Below are positions 26,150 through 36,438 of a DNA stretch of 57,521 bases, one piece after another. The notes below the pieces were generated by a model that was given only the letters and a program-made list of their open reading frames with translations, ran no database searches and had not been told where the DNA came from. The position numbers were made by a program, and so were the translations under genes. Origin of the DNA: Octopus bimaculoides (lineage: Eukaryota); the NCBI RefSeq assembly GCF_001194135.2, contig NC_069000.1:4614020-4671540 (forward strand), given 5' to 3'. The first letter of the stretch is position 1. The number at the start of each line of letters is the position of its first letter.

Positions 26150-27050
26150 GCCAGACTATTTCGTTATCTTCTCATAATAAACAAAATGTAATTATTGATT
26201 TCATTCGAAGATCTGTATTCGTCTTCGTTGGTAAGGTAGAAATATTGGACGAAAAGTATCCGAAGAATTTCTTGTTAGATTGTTTCACCAGATAGATTTC
26301 AGTGTCCTATTTAACCTCGAGTAAAATATCTCTATTTAATGGATCGATATTGTGATTCATAGCAGTATCCTTTTATTGTTTCGATTTGTTGCTTCGAGGT
26401 TTGGTCATTGAAGGTCTTCCATACTGGTGCATTAACGTCTAGTGTTTTTGACCATTACATGAAATCCGGTGTTTAGTCTGGTTTTTATTTTTATCGATAT
26501 TTATTGAATGAATAGTTGTATTTATCATCTGAGTTACGTCTTTGAGAGAAAGTTATTTCTCTTTAGTAACGTAAAGGCCTAAATGTATTTGCACTGGTTT
26601 AAACTGGTTTAAATATCGCAATATCAATTTATATACTGACTGGTTTTTATGTTGCTGTCCCGTCGAGTTTCGAAAATTCAGTCGGAGTGTATATTAAATT
26701 GAAGGAGTTATGTTTGTACGTGAATTGGTTTATACAAAGGTAGCATTTTAAAAAATAAATTCCAGAATATCTTATCGTTTTAGTGTTTGCAGAAAGTACA
26801 CATTTACATCGTTCGACATATCGATCAGGATTCCCTATAACAGCTCTTACGAAGGCACATAAAAGCTTTTTGTGTTTTTTCGAGGTTTGTCACTTCTCTT
26901 CTCTTTCTTTTCTCGACAGGGAAGGGGGTCGTAGACTTTCGTGGAATACTTCACCCATTTTTTTTTCTTCGAGTTGCTGCATGTTGAGCACCTCACCCTC
27001 TATTTCTCTAGTTTGATTACGCAATGTTCGTAAAAGTGTTATTGTATTTT
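26150..27050 (-). mobile_element. Possible highly decayed Penelope-like (GIY-YIG) element fragment
   Basis: Scattered minus-strand peptide remnants in the expected order (YVP.., VYKL, KYI*, HRIS, TNRNNKRILL*, PLNRD); many stops; weak. Confidence 0.25.
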
Positions 27051-27290
27051 TTATTAACATTACTAAAATCTATCGCTGTGTTTTTTTTTACATTTGAGTT
27101 AAAATGTAATAGTGTTCAAAATGGCATCTACTTTAATTCACATAAGAGATTATCTTGCTGTCAATCACGGTGAATAAAGTAGGATAGGTCCATGAAATAG
27201 CAACCTGTGAATTAAGGATAAAACAAAAAAGACATACAAAAATAAACTCAGAAATATATGCTTTAAAAAGCATAGAAGGAAAAACGATAG

Positions 27291-27385
27291 AATAAGCACC
27301 AGTTGAGCACAGGGATCGATGTAATCATCGTACCCCCTCCCCCAAAATAACTGGCCTCCTGCCAAAATTTGAAACCGTCATTATA
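27291..27385 (+). mobile_element. SINE family B, 3' fragment
   Basis: AATAAGCACCAGTTGAGCAC, GATCGATGTAATC, AAATTTGAAACC. Confidence 0.75.
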
Positions 27386-27879
27386 ATAATAATAATAATG
27401 ATAATAATAATAATAATATATTAATGTTAACTATTATTAAAATAAAGTATTAGTTATGTACTGGAATCGGTACGGTCGACATGTAGCTGTTGTTTTGTTC
27501 GGCATAATGGACACGTTGTTGTTGGATGAGGTGAATGAACGTGTTTAACGCATCTTTCACGAAATAAATAAATTTTTCGGGTTTTATTTAGTGAAAAGGC
27601 CGTGTTTTTGTGTCACGTTAATAACAAAGAGTTTGAGAACGATAAAGCCGCCAGCCTTAGAGCGGAAATATGTGAATCGTTGGACGTGTTTTATATCTCA
27701 TAGAATGTTTTCTCATGATTTAAAATGGCTTCTTCTGGAGGTGATGGAACAAACTTGGAAGCCATAAACACGCACCAAACCTTTTCGAACAATTTGGAAA
27801 TGAAGCACAGGTTAAAAAAAGACAAACAAACAAAAACAACAAAGAAAAACATGGCAATCCACTAGAATCACATCTATCA

Positions 27880-28052
27880 CTAGCAGTGCTATCATCGTCG
27901 CCATGACCATCACTGCCCCCACCAACATCACCAACATCACAATCACAACTGCTAACACCACCATCACCACCATCACCACCACCGCCAGCGCCGCCGTCGC
28001 CACCACCAGCACCAGCACCACCACAACCAGCACCAGCACCAGCACCAGCACC

Positions 28053-28083
<31 letters not shown>

Positions 28084-28110
28084 CCATAGATAGATAGATA
28101 GATAGATATG
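27880..28110. repeat. Cryptic (CAC/CAT/CAG)n tract ending in (GATA)n
   Basis: Direct reading. Confidence 0.9.
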
Positions 28111-28510
28111 TATTCATGATATTATAACAGTATCAATATATTCACAAAATGAGTTACTGTTTTATGCCAGGAAGACAGCGGTTCCTGTGGCTCAAATCGT
28201 CTCCAACCCATTCCGAATTCTCCATGAACACCTCTTCCGCTGTATTAATGCCAGGAACTTAAATTAAACAGACAATTCTACTATCTCAATGAATCATATT
28301 TGACGAGAAAAGCAATATCAAAGTTTCCAAAGACACATGCCAGGCTGGCGTTATCAGACCTATTTTTAGTGCGACATTGGACAAATCGTATTAAATAACC
28401 ATATTTATTACGCTAGACTGATTTAAAAGCTGCCTTGCAGTTATATTTTCTTCAAAAGAGCATCAAAAACTTTTATTTCCAATAATGTACATAAAGTTGG
28501 TGTTGCAAGA

Positions 28511-28559
<49 letters not shown>

Positions 28560-28929
28560 GAGAGAGAGAGAGAGGGATGGAAAGAGAGACTGTGAGAGAG
28601 AGAGAAAAATCTTTAGATTTATATATGCATAAGAGAAAATAGACAAAATACAATGGCTGACCCCGAATTGTTCTTGTTTAGACACCACATTGCTTCAAGT
28701 CTGCCATCATTAAGCAAGCACATCTATAATAATTGACGTCCCAACTGTGGCCATCACGTCTATATTCTTGCAGTTTTTAAGTGAATGACGACAATGTTAT
28801 TTCTTCCCAGCTGTGTAACAATCTGCTTTGCTCAACCGACCCCTTGGCATTCTATGGATCAAAAGAACTTAGTAACGGTTGATTACATCGATTTGAAATT
28901 TCTCGTACAAAATATATTGGCCCTCGGAC

Positions 28930-29500
28930 AATGGTCGACGTAGTTTTTGGCGATGATAAATGGTTTTGGTGTCACAGGAGTGCTTACCATCGTTCTACAT
29001 TTGGCGGTGGAGGTGTTGCTGATAGCGGTGTTGTTGGTGGTCTGGGTAGCGGTGGTTGTGGTGGGGTTGCTAGTAAGTGTTGGTGGTGGTGGTGGCGTTG
29101 GTAATGGTACTCCTTGTAGTCGTGCTTCTGTTGGTGGCGAATATAGTATTGGTTGTAGCTTTGGTGGTGCTAGTCTTCTTGCTAGTACTGGCGGTCTGTG
29201 ATGGTGGTGGTGGTGGTGATTGTGTTGATATTCGTGGGGGTGGTAGTATTATTGGTAGAAGTTGTGATTGTAATGTTAGTGGTGTTGTGGTAGCACTGCT
29301 AATATTACTTGTGCTTCTATTGGAGGCGGTGGTGGTCATGGTGATAGCGCTGGTGCTCTTGGAATTGGTGGATCAGACGGATCTGGTATCGGGGCTGGTG
29401 GTGTGTTGGTGATTATGATGGTCGTAGTGATGCTTCTGGCGATGCCTCTAGTGGTGTTGATTCTGGTGTTCGTACTGGCGATGCGCATGGTGCTTTTGGT
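28930..29500. repeat. Cryptic (GGT/GTT/GAT)n low-complexity tract
   Basis: Direct reading; source of the Thr- and Val-rich ORFs. Confidence 0.85.
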
Positions 29501-29809
29501 GCGGTTACAGAACAATTGTGCGACGAACAAAATGATTTAGAGCGTCATTTTAGCGACACTTAAAGCAATGTCACAAGCTTTCTTTTCATCTATTCTTTCT
29601 CGGTTTTAATTAAGTATTTTACGTAATTTTCTTCTTCTTCTTCTTCTTCTTCTTCTTCTTCTTCTGCCCCCTCCTCCTCCTCCTCCTACTACTACTATCA
29701 TCTCTTTATGTGTACGTGTTCACACGCCTTCAATATAATCCTTTGAGTAGTTCCTGTAATATTCTCAGCTAATAAACACTCGCGCGTTCTCAGCTCTTAA
29801 CAATATATA

Positions 29810-29842
<33 letters not shown>

Positions 29843-30608
29843 GTATATATGTGTGTGTGTATTATACCTGTGTGTGCGTGTGTACATACTCACACGTATG
29901 TAATTAATTATGGAAGGACAGTGAGAAATCCCATGCAAGTCCCTCATAACAATCCAAGATGAAGACAAACCTCTCGAGACAGCTTACAGTGACATATTCA
30001 GCATTTCATTTGCAGTCACCTCTCAGTCTCACTTGCTGTCAAATATTAAACAGCCATGATATAGCTAAAAGCTCTTTCTTCTCTCTCTTCGAAATTATTA
30101 TTAATATACATTCTGTCATTATATAAGTCGTGTTATCGGATTATTAGGAGCGCCAGAAATGAAGGAACAATGGTTAATATATATCAATCTAGCTGAAAGC
30201 TTAAAAAGCGACAAATACTTTTCGCAATATATCTTTCATTGTATATTACAGTTTCCCGAGTTAGAAATTAGTAAATTTTTTTGGTTTTTTTTCCTCTTCT
30301 TTCTGCTTCCGCTTTCCTTTTTACCCTCTTTGTTTTGCATTGTATAATGAATTCCTCAAAATATTGTTCGGAATGCTGGTTTGCTTGTTAAGTCACCGGC
30401 TCCTCTTCGTTTCTGAGTATTCCTGCTTTTCTTTTATCCTTTCTTTCGTTTCAGATTCTTCGTTTACGACGGTGCCCCTCATAGGTGCCATTATACCACT
30501 GACCTAGTATCCGATGGTCGGTAGAAACCGTGAATAGTGTTGGTAGGTCTTTTGTCTTATGACTTGTCTCATTCGTTTTACGTGCTCTATCTACAAGACC
30601 TATTTATA

Positions 30609-30985
30609 AGCGCAGGAGTGGCTGTGTGGTAAGCGGTTTGCTTACCAACCACATGGTTCGGTGTTCAGTCCCACTGCGTGGCACCTTGGGCAAGTGTTTT
30701 CTACTATAGCCTCGGGCCGACCAAAGCCTTGTGAGTGGATTTGGTAGATTGAAACTGAAAGAAGCCCATCGTATATATGTATATGTATATATGTGTGTGT
30801 GTTTGTGCGCCTGTGTTTGTCCCCCGAACACCGCTTGACAACCGATGCTGGTATGTTTGCGTCCCCGTAACTTAACGGTTCGGCAAAAGAGACCGATTGA
30901 ATAAGTCCTAGGCTTACAAAGAATAAGTTCTGGGGTCGATTTGCTCGACTAAAGGCGGTGCTTCAGCATGGCGGCAGTAAAATGA

Positions 30986-30987
<2 letters not shown>
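30609..30987 (+). mobile_element. SINE family A, full length (tRNA-like head, CORE-like segment, internal microsatellite, 3' domain)
   Basis: A-box TGGCTGTGTGG (30619-30629), B-box-like GTTCAGTCCC, CCTTGGGCAAGTG resembling the start of the CORE-SINE domain, tail CTGGGGTCGATTTGCTCGACTAAAGGCGGTGC; about 14 related pieces in the window. Probably one of the described octopus tRNA-derived SINEs (OK/OR1/OR2 group); assignment unverified. Confidence 0.9.
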
Positions 30988-31041
<54 letters not shown>

Positions 31042-31073
31042 ACGCCGTCTTTCTCTCTCTCTCTTTGTATATC

Positions 31074-32539
31074 CACACACACGTTGTATATATAAGTATT
31101 GTACCACAAAAATACTTCACTAAAATATCAACAACAATAACAACAACAACAACAACGACAGCAGCAACAATAACAGTGATTATGTTTCCCCAAAAAACAT
31201 TATCTTCGGCAATAGAAGATTATGTCATGTTCAGACGTCTGTCTATTTGACGGCTGAGCTAAAAATATTCAAATGTAATTTAATTTATTCGAAAGTCTTT
31301 TCATTTACAATAATCATCCAGATAGCTTTTAGTATCCTGTGTTAGTGAGACCGTGTATGTGTGCGTATATAAACATTCATTTATTTATACGCATATATAT
31401 GTATATANNNNNNNNNNNNNNNNNNNNNNNNNNNNNNNNNNNNNNNNNNNNNNNNNNNNNNNNNNNNNNNNNNNNNNNNNNNNNNNNNNNNNNNNNNNNN
31501 NNNNNNNNNNNNNNNNNNNNNNNNNNNNNNNNNNNNNNNNNNNNNNNNNNNNNNNNNNNNNNNNNNNNNNNNNNNNNNNNNNNNNNNNNNNNNNNNNNNN
31601 NNNNNNNNNNNNNNNNNNNNNNNNNNNNNNNNNNNNNNNNNNNNNNNNNNNNNNNNNNNNNNNNNNNNNNNNNNNNNNNNNNNNNNNNNNNNNNNNNNNN
31701 NNNNNNNNNNNNNNNNNNNNNNNNNNNNNNNNNNNNNNNNNNNNNNNNNNNNNNNNNNNNNNNNNNNNNNNNNNNNNNNNNNNNNNNNNNNNNNNNNNNN
31801 NNNNNNNNNNNNNNNNNNNNNNNNNNNNNNNNNNNNNNNNNNNNNNNNNNNNNNNNNNNNNNNNNNNNNNNNNNNNNNNNNNNNNNNNNNNNNNNNNNNN
31901 NNNNNNNNNNNNNNNNNNNNNNNNNNNNNNNNNNNNNNNNNNNNNNNNNNNNNNNNNNNNNNNNNNNNNNNNNNNNNNNNNNNNNNNNNNNNNNNNNNNN
32001 NNNNNNNNNNNNNNNNNNNNNNNNNNNNNNNNNNNNNNNNNNNNNNNNNNNNNNNNNNNNNNNNNNNNNNNNNNNNNNNNNNNNNNNNNNNNNNNNNNNN
32101 NNNNNNNNNNNNNNNNNNNNNNNNNNNNNNNNNNNNNNNNNNNNNNNNNNNNNNNNNNNNNNNNNNNNNNNNNNNNNNNNNNNNNNNNNNNNNNNNNNNN
32201 NNNNNNNNCACACACACGTTGTATATATAAGTATTGTACCACAAAAATACTTCACTAAAATATCAACAACAATAACAACAACAACAACGACAGCAGCAAC
32301 AATAACAGTGATTATGTTTCCCCAAAAAACATTATCTTCGGCAATAGAAGATTATGTCATGTTCAGACGTCTGTCTATTTGACGGCTGAGCTAAAAATAT
32401 TCAAATGTAATTTAATTTATTCGAAAGTCTTTTCATTTACAATAATCATCCAGATAGCTTTTAGTATCCTGTGTTAGTGAGACCGTGTATGTGTGCGTAT
32501 ATAAACATTCATTTATTTATACGCATATATATGTATATA
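31074..32539. other. About 334-bp duplication across an N-gap (31074-31407; 32209-32539); probable haplotype/assembly artefact
   Basis: By eye the copies are identical except for one AAC unit (offset changes from 1135 to 1132). Confidence 0.9.
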
Positions 32540-32932
32540 TACACACATCCAAACACATGTATATCAGCGACTATTTTTATCCTCATATTATCGTCTAATA
32601 TAATATTTCCTCTCTGATGTTCGTTATTCATAATATTTGCATTTTACTTTTCTAAATCTTTGACATAATCTTAACACTTCAATATTCTTTTATATTTCCA
32701 TAATTTATTGCCTCTTAATTAATTCTGTTCAAAGCCTTTTTTTTTTTTGCTATTCTCTAAATTAGTTTTTTTTTCTTCTTTAGGCGTGGGCATGGCTGCA
32801 TGGCTGCATGGCTAAAAAGATCGCTTTGCTATAAAATAATTTGTGACGGAAACTTTGTGCGCTTACTACTTGGTGATTGTGTGCCCGGCGCTCTAGCCAC
32901 TGAGCCACAGCAATACCAACAACAGCAACGAT

Positions 32933-32963
<31 letters not shown>

Positions 32964-33194
32964 GCCACTACGAAAACCCCAACAGCCACCAATACAATTA
33001 CAACAACAAAGATAAACGAACGAGAACGAGATCGACTAATATGTCCGCCAACAATAACTACGATATCATATATTAGATAGCGTTGTTTTGATCCAATGCT
33101 TTTGTTTCCAAATGGGATGGTCGCTACAGGAACGCTTACTTAGACTCAGACTAAGGTTAAGCAAAGATGACAGCATGCAATATCTTCTAACTTT

Positions 33195-33395
33195 TATCTA
33201 TTACTTGTTTAGGTTGTTAAACTGCGGCCATTCGGGAGCACCACCTTGAAGAGTTTTAAGTCGAAGGAATCAGACCCCAATACTTATTTTGATAAAGCTT
33301 GGCACTAATTCGTTTCTATTGCCGAGCCACTAAGTTATGTGGACGTAAACACACCAACACCGGTTGTCAAGTGGTAGTGGGGGACAAACACACAC
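33195..33395 (-). mobile_element. SINE family A, 3' half
   Basis: ACTGCGGCCAT, GGAGCACCACCTT, GGACGTAAACACACCAACACCGGTTGTCAAG. Confidence 0.8.
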
Positions 33396-33399
33396 TCGT

Positions 33400-33483
33400 T
33401 TACTATTTTAGTCTTTTACTTGTTTCAGTCATTTGACTGCGGCCATGCTGCAGCACCACCTTTAGTCGAACGAATCGACCCCA
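33400..33483 (-). mobile_element. SINE family A, 3' end only
   Basis: CTTGTTTCAGTCATTTGACTGCGGCCATGCTG...TTTAGTCGAACGAATCGACCCCAG. Confidence 0.85.
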
Positions 33484-33499
33484 GGTCGATTCGTTATGA

Positions 33500-33582
33500 C
33501 CGAACTCAGAACGTTATGACAGACGAAATGCCGCTAAGCATTTTGTCCGTCGCTGCAATGACTCAGCCAGATCACCGCCTTC
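33500..33582 (-). mobile_element. SINE family B, 5' head only
   Basis: GAACTCAGAACGT...GACGAAATGCCGCTAAGCATTTTGTCCG. Confidence 0.8.
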
Positions 33583-33924
33583 ATAACAATAATTGTAACA
33601 ACAACCGCAACAATAATAAGATTAAGGAAGGGAAAATGAAATTAAAAATAATCCAGTGAATTCAATGCAATGTCTTTGAAAATCAAGCAGCAATGNNNNN
33701 NNNNNNNNNNNNNNNNNNNNNNNNNNNNNNNNNNNNNNNNNNNNNNNNNNNNNNNNNNNNNNNNNNNNNNNNNNNNNNNNNNNNNNNNNNNNNNNNNNNN
33801 NNNNNNNNNNNNNNNNNNNNNNNNNNNNNNNNNNNNNNNNNNNNNNNNNNNNNNNNNNNNNNNNNNNNNNNNNNNNNNNNNNNNNNNNNNNNNNNNNNNN
33901 NNNNNNNNNNNNNNNNNNNNNNNN

Positions 33925-33976
<52 letters not shown>

Positions 33977-35189
33977 GCTAAAACATCCACAGATACACAC
34001 ACATATACGCAGAGGCAAGAAGTAGAGACTTGCACATAGACACGGTAAAAGACATATACAGACGCACATACACACATAAACTACTACATACATATATATG
34101 TGTGTGTGTGTGTTCGTGTGTGTCTATGTGTGTTTATGTGTGTGCATGCGTGTATGTAGAAGCGCATACATACAGTGAGAGAATTTCACATGAAAGCGCA
34201 CATACATCTATATACACACACAGACATACAAACAAACATAAATAAACAAACGGGAAGATCAAAGCGATTTTCATTAAAAGAAATCTTAGATGTTCAAACT
34301 GATAAGACAAGTTACAACTTCCTCCATGTGGTCGTTGGAAATGGTTGAAATAGTAGTCAATACTATTACAGATTATACATCACTGTCTTGTTTGTTATGT
34401 ATGCATGTGTGAGTAAACGACGTAGATTATCGGAAGGTGTAGCTAAAGCTGCTAAAAATGATAAGTATATCTCCCTCAAGTCACGTCCTATCGCCTAAGA
34501 AAATAACGCGATTGATAACTTGATACTAACTCCATCTACATTGAAAAAGATGGCCGCGGATGGGACGTGTTTTGTCATGCAACTGTATGATTCAGGCTGA
34601 CCTGCGGGCTAAATAAAACCGATGACTACGGTAAGTGTTCCTGCTGCAGCGCTAAGATTTTTGTTGCATAAGAATCAGTGGATATAGCTAGAAATAGTAG
34701 TCGAAGTTTACCGAAAACACACTCAAATGGTTTAAGTAGATGATTTATAAATTTGGATAATTTGGTATATTTTGAGGCGATGAATCTGACGTTTGGAAAA
34801 TAACTCTTTGTTCGATAGAAAATCTAATTTTTTGAAGTTAATAACTTTATATGTACTCAGTTCCGTTCCCATTCATGTTCAGTTTGCCAGATTTTCCGCT
34901 TTACAAGTCAACTGGAAACATTCAAACATCGTCGCTTAATTAAACATCGTCGTTGGTTAATTCATCATTTGTCGGTGTGAACACGGATCCTCCCGTGTGT
35001 CCCGTTGAGCAGAGTGCCAATCAGTCCCTCACTCCACGAGATATATCCATAATCAAAGCTAGCATACTGAGGGCACATATCTAGAATTTTCAGAAGAGTT
35101 TTTCGTATATTTATATAAATTGGTTGCTATTACTGGATATTCTGTTGACTATAACGAGGCTCCCAGTTTTTAGTAGTAATCGAGAGAGC

Positions 35190-35345
35190 AATGAAATGGT
35201 CGCTCGACTGGCTAGAAACAACAGCCAAAATCCTTTAAGATTTAAACTGTATCGATTTAGAATGAAGTCATGTTAAGAAATGCTGTGCTAGAGATGCACT
35301 GTGACTAGAAGAAAAGAGAAAACATGATGGCCACGGTTGGGTTGT
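35190..35345 (+). repeat. Dispersed repeat family E (class unknown); related pieces near 1145-1200 (+), 34545-34625 (+) and 54140-54215 (-)
   Basis: TCGACTGGCTAGAAACAACAGCCAA vs TCGACCTACAAGAAATAGCAGCCAA (minus strand near 54150); GATGGCCACGGTTGGG vs GATGGCCGCGGATGGG (near 34550); GCTGACCTGCG at both about 1176 and 34598. Confidence 0.4.
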
Positions 35346-35389
35346 CACTGATCATATATCAGTTTCATGAGTGTAGATGTGGAGATAAA

Positions 35390-35417
35390 CATTACTACCG
35401 GCACCACCACCACCACC

Positions 35418-35470
<53 letters not shown>

Positions 35471-35820
35471 AGACAGCAATAGTAACACCATCACCATCAC
35501 CATCACCATCACTAGCAGCAGCAGCAGCAGCAACACAACCACCTCCAACATCACCACCACTACCACAAACAGCACAACTACCACCAGCACCCGCACCGGA
35601 ACCAGCATCAGGTCCACCACACCGTCATTATCATCCCCATCACCATCACCATCACAAAACACAACAACAACAGCGATGACGGCAACTACATCACCATCAT
35701 TATCATCAGCATCAACAACAACAACAACAACAACAGAGATGACAACGACATCATCATTATCATCATCATTGTCATCACCATCACCATCAGCAACAGCAAT
35801 AACAGCAATAACAATCGGTA
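35390..35820. repeat. Compound (ACC)/(AAC)/(ATC)/(AGC) low-complexity tract
   Basis: Direct reading. Confidence 0.9.
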
Positions 35821-36064
35821 GACTTTATTCGATTACACATGACTCCACCCCCACCCCACCCCACCCCCGACAAATGCTAAAATAAATGGAAAACAAAGAC
35901 AATATTAATCTCCAATATTTCAAAATGCAGAACATAAAAGGGAGCAATTAAATGCCGCAGAGGCATTTAGTCTGGCAGCGGGGAGGAAATATTCTACCAA
36001 AAATAACACAAACTAAAACTTAACTNNNNNNNNNNGTCAGAACTTTTAGCATATACAGAAAACG

Positions 36065-36152
36065 ATATCGATAAATTATCTAAGTGTTTCCATAAAAGTA
36101 TTGACTTTATTTATTCATCACGCAAGCTCAACTGATTTCTGTTGAACTTAGC
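36065..36152 (+). repeat. Dispersed repeat family F, copy 1 (copy 2 at 41632-41715)
   Basis: 47/59 ungapped identity between 36071-36129 and 41643-41701, including a shared TTCATCACGCAAGCTC. Confidence 0.7.
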
Positions 36153-36263
36153 CACGTACGTCCATACACATATGCGCACAAATCTTTCCTTTTCTTGTTC
36201 TCAATCTCTGTCTGCCTCTGTATGGATGGATGCACGTATCTATCTGTTTATCTATCAATCGTG

Positions 36264-36438
36264 GCGGCGCAATGGCCCAGGGGTAAGGGCAGCGGACTCG
36301 CGGTCGTAGGATCGCGGTTTCGATTCCCAGACCGGGTCTTGTGAGTGTTTATTGAGCGAAAACACCCAGAGCTCCACGAGGCTCAGGCAGGGGGTGGGTT
36401 GGCAAACCCTGCTGTACTCTTTCACATCACAACTTTCT
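36264..36438 (+). mobile_element. SINE family C, 5' part
   Basis: A-box TGGCCCAGGGG (36273-36283), B-box GGTTTCGATTCCC (36316-36328); aligns with 6443-6620. Confidence 0.85.

Noticed and set aside
28162-28257. ATGCCAGGAA direct repeat enclosing a 7-bp inverted repeat (architecture like 7361-7546)
   Set aside because: The repeats are too short and the rest of the stem does not pair.
34966-35082. Minus-strand frame DMCPQYASFDYGYISWSEGLIGTLLNGTHGRIRVHTDK*; the plus strand has a globin-A-helix-like LTPRDISIIKAS
   Set aside because: Short, with no supporting neighbouring exons; the globin-like stretch lacks the conserved Trp and stops soon after.
35367-35885. 172-aa Thr/Ser-rich mucin-like ORF (similarly 29070-29339 and 54779-55246)
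   Set aside because: Built from compound ACC/AAC/ATC/AGC arrays; open because these motifs lack stops; no signal peptide or non-repetitive domain.
36264-36335. tRNA-like sequence with A and B boxes (also 6443-6515 and 30609-30675)
   Set aside because: No complete cloverleaf or acceptor stem that I could build, and each continues into a SINE body repeated elsewhere in the window.
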